Shown one piece after another: positions 1-7,041 of a stretch of DNA of 64,000 bases; positions within the stretch are counted from its first letter, which is position 1, and the number at the start of each line of letters is the position of its first letter. The stretch covers positions 17,020-81,019 of the forward strand of contig JBAXPN010000001.1 in NCBI GenBank assembly GCA_037132255.1, in the 5' to 3' direction. The stretch comes from Candidatus Falkowbacteria bacterium (GTDB lineage Bacteria; Patescibacteriota; Patescibacteriia; Patescibacteriales; UBA12465). Both the position numbers and the translations under genes were made by a program. Below the pieces are notes generated by a model. That model was not told where the DNA came from and did not search any database. It was given only the letters and a program-made list of their open reading frames with translations.

Positions 1-30
1 ATAAGTTCGAAAAATAAAATATGCAAAAAT

Positions 31-933
31 ATGAATAAGGAAATGCCAATCGTTGATAGTATTCAAAAGCCTGGCTTTGATGACCGTATTGTTCGTTATG
101 AACAAATACATAAAGTTAGAGATGTTGATTATCAGGCCTTAATGAAAGCAATTAATCCCCAGCCAGGAGAGCTAATTTTTGAGGGTTGCTCTGGTTATGC
201 CGATATAGCCAAACATATTATCGAGGCGTCCAATGATTTTAATGAAAAACCAGAAATATATATTTTAGATGAAAGCCCCGTCCAAATTAAACGAGCAAAA
301 GAAGAGCTCAAAATTTTACCAGATGACCATATTTTACTCGGTGATATAAGAACGACTGGAATGGAAGATAAAAAATTCGATAAGACAGTAATTAAAATGG
401 GGCTTCATGAATTGCCCAAACTTGAACAAGAAAAAGTATTTGCCGAAATGTATAGAATATTAAAGCCGGGAGGTAAATTTATTACGTGGGAGCTTTCGCT
501 TAATCAGAATACTCAAAAACCTTTTCAAGATATTTTGCGAAAGAAAGATGAATTATCTGGTTTTGAAGCTTTAGTACAAAAACGATATTTTCAAAGACAT
601 GATGAGTTGGTAAAAATGTTTGAGGAAGCAGGGTTTAAAGAGGTTCAAGATGAACACAATATCAGATATACCTTTAATCCAAAAGGCAGAATCGAGGAAT
701 TGGTATCAAAGGATAGGATTAAAATGTTAAAAGAAAAAGAGAGTTTGTCTGTCGAGGACGAACAAACCCTGCATCAGTTAGGGCAAGAAAGAGTAAATGC
801 TCTCATTGAATATATAAGAGAAAAAGTTGCCGATTTACCAGAGGAAACCAGACAAAAAATTGAATATAAGGATTTAGGAGATGATATTGAAATGACTTTT
901 GATAAGGTAGTAATGAGTGGAAAAAAAATCTAA
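31..933 (+). CDS. Class I SAM-dependent methyltransferase (small-molecule type) with helical C-terminal extension
   Basis: Rossmann MTase motifs: LIFEGCSGYADIAKHI (motif I-like), YILDES (acidic post-I), ILKPGGKFI. No DNA-MTase DPPY/NPPY motif seen. Confidence 0.7.
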   Translation: MNKEMPIVDSIQKPGFDDRIVRYEQIHKVRDVDYQALMKAINPQPGELIFEGCSGYADIAKHIIEASNDFNEKPEIYILDESPVQIKRAKEELKILPDDHILLGDIRTTGMEDKKFDKTVIKMGLHELPKLEQEKVFAEMYRILKPGGKFITWELSLNQNTQKPFQDILRKKDELSGFEALVQKRYFQRHDELVKMFEEAGFKEVQDEHNIRYTFNPKGRIEELVSKDRIKMLKEKESLSVEDEQTLHQLGQERVNALIEYIREKVADLPEETRQKIEYKDLGDDIEMTFDKVVMSGKKI

Positions 934-940
934 AAATAGT

Positions 941-1765
941 ATGGCTGAGGAAGAGCAAAATATACAAACAGAAACAAACACCCCAAAAGTAATTAGGGGT
1001 GCTTTGCAAGTGATTGGAGGAGCTATTCCTTTTGCTGGGGGTTTATTTTCGGCTGCTGCAGGAGCTTGGTCGGAAAATGAACAAGAAAGAGTAAATAGAT
1101 TTTTTAGGCAATGGATAAAAATGCTTGAGGATGAAATAAGAGAAAAGGAAAGAACTATTCTCGAAATTATGGCTCGATTGAATATTCATGATGAAGAAAT
1201 CGCTAAAAGATTAGAAAGTAAGGAATATCAATCATTGCTTAAAAAAACATTTAGAGAATGGTCTGGAGCTGAAAGCGAGGATAAAAGAACTTATATTAGA
1301 AATATCCTTGCTAATGCGGCCGCTTCATCCATGACAAGCGATGAGGTAGTTAGACTTTTTATTGATTGGTTAAAGACTTATTCAGAATTACATTTTAAAG
1401 TTATTGCCATTGTCTATAAACACGGAACAAATGGAGTATCACGAGGTGGTGTTTGGAGCGATCTAGGAAAAGAAGACGTTGCCGAAAATTCCGCTGAAGC
1501 AGATTTGTTTAAACTCCTTTTTAGAGATTTAAGCACTGGCGGTGTTATTAGACAACATCGTGAAGTTGATTATTACGGCAATTTTGTAGCAAAAAAAACG
1601 CAATATCGTCCGAAAGGGTCTGGACAAAAAACTATGACTTCCGCTTTTGATGATGAAGATTCTTATGAACTTACAGAGCTGGGAAAACAATTTGTTCATT
1701 ATGCTATGACTGATTTACCGCTTAAGATAGAATATAAGCCACAAAATGAAGCAAATCAAGAATAA
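941..1765 (+). CDS. Hypothetical protein, glycine-zipper N-terminus; Abi-alpha/DUF4393-like architecture
   Basis: The ORF track starts at GTG 917; ATG 941 lies 8 nt after the upstream stop. Small-xxx-small segment GALQVIGGAIPFAGGLFSAAAGAW, then a helical region with NILANAAASS and a winged-helix-like C-terminus. Family assignment is from memory of the fold and is not verified. Confidence 0.4.
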   Translation: MAEEEQNIQTETNTPKVIRGALQVIGGAIPFAGGLFSAAAGAWSENEQERVNRFFRQWIKMLEDEIREKERTILEIMARLNIHDEEIAKRLESKEYQSLLKKTFREWSGAESEDKRTYIRNILANAAASSMTSDEVVRLFIDWLKTYSELHFKVIAIVYKHGTNGVSRGGVWSDLGKEDVAENSAEADLFKLLFRDLSTGGVIRQHREVDYYGNFVAKKTQYRPKGSGQKTMTSAFDDEDSYELTELGKQFVHYAMTDLPLKIEYKPQNEANQE

Positions 1766-1931
1766 TTATTATAAATATTGAGGAGAGCCGTTCCAAGTGT
1801 GTCCCACCCTCTCTAGGTATTACTAATAAAGATTTAAATAAGATTCCGGTCGGCTCGTTTACCCCGTCCCAGATTAAAAAAATTGAGGACATTATTAGCG
1901 GTAAGATAAAATAAGGATTACTATCTCGAAT

Positions 1932-1969
1932 AAGGCAGAGTTTTTGAAGTTAATAAAATAAAAAAACTC
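1932..1969 (+). repeat. Hairpin motif copy A (AAGGCAG + 8-bp stem + 16-nt loop containing AGTTAATAAAATA)
   Basis: Stem GAGTTTTT (1938-1945) pairs with AAAAACTC (1962-1969). The loop and 5' flank are nearly identical to the copy at 3827-3861. Confidence 0.55.
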
Positions 1970-1980
1970 ATAATAAAAAA

Positions 1981-3789
1981 ATGCCGAAAATAAATGACAT
2001 ACCAAATTTGGAAAACATTCCAAAATTTATAAAAGATTTCTCGAAAGAAGAATCAAAAGATGAAAGGTACCAGGCCGCCGTTGATATTCGTGCTAAAAGA
2101 TCGGAATATTTTAATGAGGAAAAAATTGAAAAAGCTAGACAAGTAGAATCAGAAAAGGAAGGAAATGAAAGAAGAAGGTTATTGTCAGAGCAGCTAGAAA
2201 AAATTTATAATCTTAAAAATGAGATTACTGAACTTTCAGAATCTGGTTTAAAAAAAATACTAAATTATTTTGAATTAAAAAAGATTAGAGCGGAGATTGT
2301 CATTGGAAAAAAAACATATGAAGAATTAAATGACCAGTTTAATAAGAATAATGCGATTGAATCATTAGTTTCTCAAAAAACAGAAGAAGAAATATTATTA
2401 CCTTGGCAGACGACGAAAATAATGCTGGATAATTTTTATCAGGAACAGGAAAAAAAATGGGCGAATAGTGAATATGCCAGAGAAGATGTGATTAAGTATT
2501 TTTCTGAAAAAAATCTTGCTGCATTATCACTTGAAGAATACACCCTTTTGCTAAAGCGTTTTTCAGGTGAGATGGTAACTCATGTTACCAGGCAGGGAGT
2601 AAGGGATCATGTCGGGCATTCATATCATACGGCCGGTGAAGGTGAATTTTCTGAGGGATTTTCTAAAATGATTGAGGACGGTCGATTGCGTTCACCGCTA
2701 GGGGTTAGGTTAATTGAAAATGAAAAAGAAAAAGCTCTTGCTAAATTCCTGTCATTAGATAATTTTAATACCAAAGAAGAGGCCCTTGCTCATTTGTCTG
2801 CTATTACTAATACTAGTCAAGATTCGGGATCATATATGGACAGCATGGCCGTACATTTTGCCGCCGAAGAAGTAGCTGATGATTACTACGGATCAGAGAA
2901 GGGAAACGAAATTTTTATTGCGTATCCATCTTTGTATATCGCTTCGCAATATTATTTTAGAGGTTTTTTAGATGATAATAGCGGGGGTTATTGGAATGAT
3001 AGTTGGGTATGGGCGAATGAAGAAAAAGGAATTGATTTGAATACTGGGATTATTTTTATCCCTGAAGAAGCTAAAGTTGATCGACAAACTGGCTCTAGAT
3101 ATGAGTTAGATGAAGACAGAAAACCGATTAAGAATCAAGAATATTATGAATTAATTAGAAAAGTCGTCAATTCTGAAGATTTTTATGATTTTGCTGGGCA
3201 AGTTATAGAAATTACGGGCTATTGTTCAGGATTTTTTGAAAGTCATTGGGATACGTCAAGCTTAACGTTAGAAGATGAATTAGTAATTAAAAAATTAGAT
3301 CCATTTTTAAAAAAACTGGAACAAGAATTTAATATTACTGATAAGCGTTTGCAGCAGGCAATTATGAGATACGACAACTTAACAAATTTTGTTCAAGAAA
3401 GAAAAAATCGAGAGATGGGAATAAAGGAAAAGGAGTTTTATTCCTTTGATTATTATATTAATAAGGCATTAAAACAACAAGGAATTTTGTTTTCTGAAAC
3501 TAAGGATGACCTTAGTTCGAAGGAATTTTGGGAAAATAAATTTAGGGCAAATTCTAAAACAAAGCCATCCAAGATTGTCTATTATCATGGCATAGACGCA
3601 ACGAATGCTCTTAATAAATGGAGAGAGGAAAATGAAATAATTAAAAAAAAGGCTAGCCATGATATGGGTTTTCCAGAAAAGCATATAAACACAAATGAAC
3701 CGCCAGCAATATCTGGCATTGATCGTTTTCAGACTTTGGCAGAAAAAGTAATTGAAGATTATTTTAATAAAAAAGAAGTTGTAGAGTAG
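1981..3789 (+). CDS. Uncharacterised 602-aa protein: Lys/Glu-rich coiled-coil N-terminus plus unassigned globular region
   Basis: Long uninterrupted ORF in an AT-rich genome. The N-terminal ~140 aa are heptad-like and charged. The central segment HVTRQGVRDHVGHSYHTAGEGEFSEGF matches no family I recognise. Confidence 0.75.
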   Translation: MPKINDIPNLENIPKFIKDFSKEESKDERYQAAVDIRAKRSEYFNEEKIEKARQVESEKEGNERRRLLSEQLEKIYNLKNEITELSESGLKKILNYFELKKIRAEIVIGKKTYEELNDQFNKNNAIESLVSQKTEEEILLPWQTTKIMLDNFYQEQEKKWANSEYAREDVIKYFSEKNLAALSLEEYTLLLKRFSGEMVTHVTRQGVRDHVGHSYHTAGEGEFSEGFSKMIEDGRLRSPLGVRLIENEKEKALAKFLSLDNFNTKEEALAHLSAITNTSQDSGSYMDSMAVHFAAEEVADDYYGSEKGNEIFIAYPSLYIASQYYFRGFLDDNSGGYWNDSWVWANEEKGIDLNTGIIFIPEEAKVDRQTGSRYELDEDRKPIKNQEYYELIRKVVNSEDFYDFAGQVIEITGYCSGFFESHWDTSSLTLEDELVIKKLDPFLKKLEQEFNITDKRLQQAIMRYDNLTNFVQERKNREMGIKEKEFYSFDYYINKALKQQGILFSETKDDLSSKEFWENKFRANSKTKPSKIVYYHGIDATNALNKWREENEIIKKKASHDMGFPEKHINTNEPPAISGIDRFQTLAEKVIEDYFNKKEVVE

Positions 3790-3826
3790 AAAATCGCCGA
3801 AAAATTTGGAATTATCATCTTTAACA

Positions 3827-3861
3827 AAGCAGGGTTTTCGCAGTTAATAAAATAAAAACCC
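3827..3861 (+). repeat. Hairpin motif copy B (AAAGCAG + 7-bp stem + 16-nt loop containing AGTTAATAAAATA)
   Basis: Stem GGGTTTT (3832-3838) pairs with AAAACCC (3855-3861). Relative to copy A, stem position 2 changes A:T to G:C. The 3' arm overlaps an alternative hairpin, CCCATC (3859-3864) with GATGGG (3881-3886). Confidence 0.55.
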
Positions 3862-3948
3862 ATCTTATGCGAAATTAATTGATGGGAGAAAAGAAAATCT
3901 TTATTTAAAGTACTATTTTTAATTAGAGCTAATAGTTAAACAATATAA

Positions 3949-4716
3949 ATGGGAAAACTATTTAAAGTCTTATATTTTGTTTTGGCAATTATCTTTTTTA
4001 TTTCTTGGTTCGAAGTAAAGAAACTTCCTGCTGCCAGCGAAATAAATCCTGCTTTATTACAGGCGCCTATCCAAGCCTCGAGCACTGAGCGAGTAAATTT
4101 CGATTACTATTATCGCAATAAATGGTACAGTGTAAAACCCTTGGCCGATTACGAGCTTTGGGGCCTGGTTGTTTCGCAAAACAATATTAATGCTTGGTAT
4201 AATTATTATCATGACGAAAACTCAGTTAATTTAAAAGATGTTTGCGTAGTTTGGGGAGATAACGTAAAAGACGGCGCTTATAATCAAAAGAGTTTGAATT
4301 TTAAGAGTGGGGAATGGACCTGCTATTTCGGTTGGTCTGGTAATTTGGAAAAACAATTTTATCCTTTTAAATTATCGAATAATCATCTTCTAGCCGATAA
4401 TGAAAAAGTGCTTTCGACGATTCGCAATGTTAATATCGGTGACCAAATACATTTTAAGGGAGCGTTAATTGATTATTCGGAAAAAGGTAGCTCCTGGCTA
4501 CGCCAGACAAGCTTATCGCGAGAAGATGAGAACGGAAATTCACGTAGCGGAGGCGCCTGCGAGATTGTGTTTGTTGATAAAATTGATATTATTAAACATA
4601 ATAAAGCAATCTGGAATAGCGTCTATGATTGGACAGGGAGGGTGGCGCTTGGCACTTTTCTTTTAAATATATTGTGGGTATTTATTGATACCAGACGCAG
4701 GCCCCATAAAAGTTGA
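3949..4716 (+). CDS. Hypothetical bitopic membrane protein (TM helix at each end, Trp/Tyr-rich central domain)
   Basis: Hydrophobic N-terminus VLYFVLAIIFFISWF and C-terminal helix VALGTFLLNILWVFI. No recognisable catalytic motif. Confidence 0.6.
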   Translation: MGKLFKVLYFVLAIIFFISWFEVKKLPAASEINPALLQAPIQASSTERVNFDYYYRNKWYSVKPLADYELWGLVVSQNNINAWYNYYHDENSVNLKDVCVVWGDNVKDGAYNQKSLNFKSGEWTCYFGWSGNLEKQFYPFKLSNNHLLADNEKVLSTIRNVNIGDQIHFKGALIDYSEKGSSWLRQTSLSREDENGNSRSGGACEIVFVDKIDIIKHNKAIWNSVYDWTGRVALGTFLLNILWVFIDTRRRPHKS

Positions 4717-4752
4717 TTAGCATAAAGCGCGACAATACAAATAAAGAAAATT

Positions 4753-4783
4753 AAAAACCCGCTTCTTCCGAAACGGGTTTTGT
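4753..4783 (+). terminator. Intrinsic terminator after the 3949-4716 gene
   Basis: AAAACCCG (4754-4761) pairs with CGGGTTTT (4774-4781), 12-nt loop, T-rich 3' side. Confidence 0.6.
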
Positions 4784-4832
4784 CATATATTGGTATGCGT
4801 TTTAAATACATATTTCTCCCTTTTCATCGATA

Positions 4833-4841
4833 TGTTATAAT
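4833..4841 (+). promoter_or_regulatory. Extended -10 box TGTTATAAT
   Basis: TGnTATAAT lies 43 nt upstream of ATG 4885. The same element type recurs ahead of several operons in this window. Confidence 0.4.
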
Positions 4842-4884
4842 TAAAGCATCAAAAAATATTGTGGAAAAATAAATTATTGAAATT

Positions 4885-6843
4885 ATGTTTAAAAAAATAC
4901 CAGCTTTAAAACTCTTAGTTTTAATGCTCTTTATACTAATATCTACGGGTTCTGCTCAGGCGGCCAGCTCTTTTGTTTTTAATAATAATCTAAAACAGGG
5001 AAGCACTAGCCAGGACGTTAAAGAATTACAACAGTACTTGAACGCTAATGGCGATCAAGTAGCTATAACTGGCGCTGGATCGAAAGGCCAAGAATCGATA
5101 AATTTTGGCCAGGCAACTAAAGAAGCGCTGATTAAGTTTCAAAAAAATAATAAAATATTACCAGCGAATGGTTACTTCGGACCGCTAACACGTAATTTTA
5201 TTAATAAAAAGTTGCTTAGTGTTGTCTCCGTTATGCCGACGTCTGAGAATATGGGGCTAATTTCAGCCCCTGTTGTCACAAGCGAAAATAAGTATTCAAT
5301 CGGTGGGAGTATCACGGGTTTAGCCGGCGCAGTCACACTTAAGAATAATGGAGCCGATGATATTACAATAAATATAACCGATAGTAGCAACTTCAGCTTT
5401 CCGACTAAAGTTGCAAACGGAACAAAGTATGAAGTAAGCGTAGTGCCAAAATTTTTGGGTCAGAAATGCTACGCCGATAGTAATACGGGATCAGTCACTG
5501 GCGCCGACCTTAAAGATATTAAGATAGCCTGTGGCGCGCATCTCGATTATAATCCCTTTAAGTTTATCCCGAGTAGCGGTTCAGTAACAATTACCGAAAA
5601 ATTTAATGATCTTTTATCTGTTTTATTTTCGCCTGGCGCTAGCCGAATAGCTTTAACTTTTCAGAAAGTAGGGCAGAGCGCTAATGTCGGGACGCCTATT
5701 ACTTTAAGCGCTACCCCAGCCGCTGACGCAAGTATATTTTATACGATGGACGGCTCAGAACCATCTAATTTGAGCACGAAATATACTGGGCCGATAAATG
5801 TTAATTCAGATTTAACTATAAAAGCAAACGCTTATAAGAGTAGCTATAGTAATTTCGCTACTATTTCTTCAAGCTATAAAATTAATCAAAGCACCGGTGG
5901 TCTTTTCGCAAATCCGCATGGTACAGTGCGTGTTGGGAATAAGTTTTTTATCGGTTCACGAACTAATCCGGCGACTATAACGGTGTTTAATAATCCGAAC
6001 GACTTATCTGATTATCAGACAGTAACTCTTACTGGCCATTCTAATTTAGATTATTTAATCTATGATGATGTAAATGATAAGTTGTACGCGAGTTGTTATG
6101 ATGGCGAAGCTTACCAAGTGCCGCATAAGATGACGATTCTGAAAATTAATCCGAATAACTTAAACGACTGGTCGGTAGTTTATAACAATGCCTTTCTATG
6201 GTCTGATTGGTCAGCGCCAATTGTGACTGACGGAACTTATATCTACGGCGCTACTTTTAATGTTGACCCAGCACAATTATTTAAGATTAGAATTTCGGAT
6301 GGTTTTTTGGTAACTTGGCGCGGTTGGACAGGCGTCTATTATCCTCACGCAGCAGCGATTGTAAAATATGCCGGACGCAGTGAAATGTATATAACTTCAG
6401 TTTTTGATGCCCCAAATAGGTTTGCCAAGGTTAATTTATCTAATTTAACTTTCACTAGTGTTAGCATGGGCACAAACGATTATTTAACTGATGATATTGC
6501 CTGCCGCTATATGGACGATACCGGTTCTATTTGTTATATGGGAACCGATGAGGGGTCCGTAAGTCCTCTGGGATATAAGATGGATACGCGAACAATGGCG
6601 ACTTCAACTTTCTCGATCGGCGGTGCGAATACCTATGGTATGTTTATTAAAGATAATGATTTATATGCCATGGGAATTAATGATACGCTTGTAAGATATA
6701 AGAACTTTAATACCGCCGCCCCGGAAATATTCTCCACTCCGGGCATAACTCCTAACGAAATGCTATATTCGACTGACGGAAAAATGTTTATTACTGATTG
6801 GAGTGCCTCGTCTCGTTTAGTGGAATTTAAATTGGCCGAATAA
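4885..6843 (+). CDS. Secreted multidomain protein: signal peptide, PG-binding domain, chitobiase/hexosaminidase-C-like (Fn3-like) domain, C-terminal beta-propeller-like region
   Basis: Signal LKLLVLMLFILISTGSAQA. PG_binding_1-like segment GSTSQDVKELQQYLNANG...GYFGPLTRNFI. FYTMDGSEPSNLSTKYTGPINVNSDLTIKANAY resembles the CHB_HEX_C_1 motif. Confidence 0.6.
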   Translation: MFKKIPALKLLVLMLFILISTGSAQAASSFVFNNNLKQGSTSQDVKELQQYLNANGDQVAITGAGSKGQESINFGQATKEALIKFQKNNKILPANGYFGPLTRNFINKKLLSVVSVMPTSENMGLISAPVVTSENKYSIGGSITGLAGAVTLKNNGADDITINITDSSNFSFPTKVANGTKYEVSVVPKFLGQKCYADSNTGSVTGADLKDIKIACGAHLDYNPFKFIPSSGSVTITEKFNDLLSVLFSPGASRIALTFQKVGQSANVGTPITLSATPAADASIFYTMDGSEPSNLSTKYTGPINVNSDLTIKANAYKSSYSNFATISSSYKINQSTGGLFANPHGTVRVGNKFFIGSRTNPATITVFNNPNDLSDYQTVTLTGHSNLDYLIYDDVNDKLYASCYDGEAYQVPHKMTILKINPNNLNDWSVVYNNAFLWSDWSAPIVTDGTYIYGATFNVDPAQLFKIRISDGFLVTWRGWTGVYYPHAAAIVKYAGRSEMYITSVFDAPNRFAKVNLSNLTFTSVSMGTNDYLTDDIACRYMDDTGSICYMGTDEGSVSPLGYKMDTRTMATSTFSIGGANTYGMFIKDNDLYAMGINDTLVRYKNFNTAAPEIFSTPGITPNEMLYSTDGKMFITDWSASSRLVEFKLAE

Positions 6844-6891
6844 AGAGGGAAGAACCCAAAGAATCATAAATTATTTATCCACATATTATTT

Positions 6892-6920
6892 AAAAAAACC
6901 TTTTAGCAAGGGTTTTTTTA
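6892..6920 (+). terminator. Intrinsic terminator (weak stem, long T-run)
   Basis: AAAAAAACCTT-TTAGC-AAGGGTTTTTTT lies 50 nt after the stop at 6843. Confidence 0.5.
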
Positions 6921-6968
6921 TTTGGGCAATTTATTGTGAAATATGCCCGTATTTTCGGTATTGGAGCT

Positions 6969-7015
6969 TACCATATCTTGTGGTATAATATCTATTACTA
7001 CCACTACTGATGGTA
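6969..7015. promoter_or_regulatory. Two TACCA-N7-TGGTA palindromes spaced exactly 30 bp apart, upstream of nrdAB (candidate repressor operator)
   Basis: Box 1 is 6969-6985 (TACCATATCTTGTGGTA). Box 2 is 6999-7015 (TACCACTACTGATGGTA). Box 1 overlaps the extended -10 box at 6981-6989. Confidence 0.45.
6981..6989 (+). promoter_or_regulatory. Extended -10 box TGGTATAAT (nrdAB promoter candidate)
   Basis: TGnTATAAT lies 52 nt upstream of ATG 7042. Confidence 0.4.
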
Positions 7016-7041
7016 TTTATTAAAAAAACCTAAATATTCTT

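Noticed and set aside
1932-3861. Interpreting the two hairpins as integron attC sites flanking a gene cassette.
   Set aside because: The stems are only 7-8 bp, and the GTTAATA in the loop does not satisfy the GTTRRRY core. The inverse core RYYYAAC is absent from copy A, and no intI gene is present.
4469-4666. A 65-aa ORF in an alternative frame inside gene 3949-4716, and the 62-aa minus-strand ORF at 4623-4811.
   Set aside because: The first overlaps a longer ORF with coherent membrane-protein features. The minus-strand ORF spans the terminator hairpin. Neither has start-site context.
6969-7015. Calling the nrd upstream palindromes canonical NrdR boxes.
   Set aside because: Only about half the positions match the published 16-bp NrdR consensus in any register. 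The site is kept as a finding about an NrdR-like architecture, not as an identified NrdR site.
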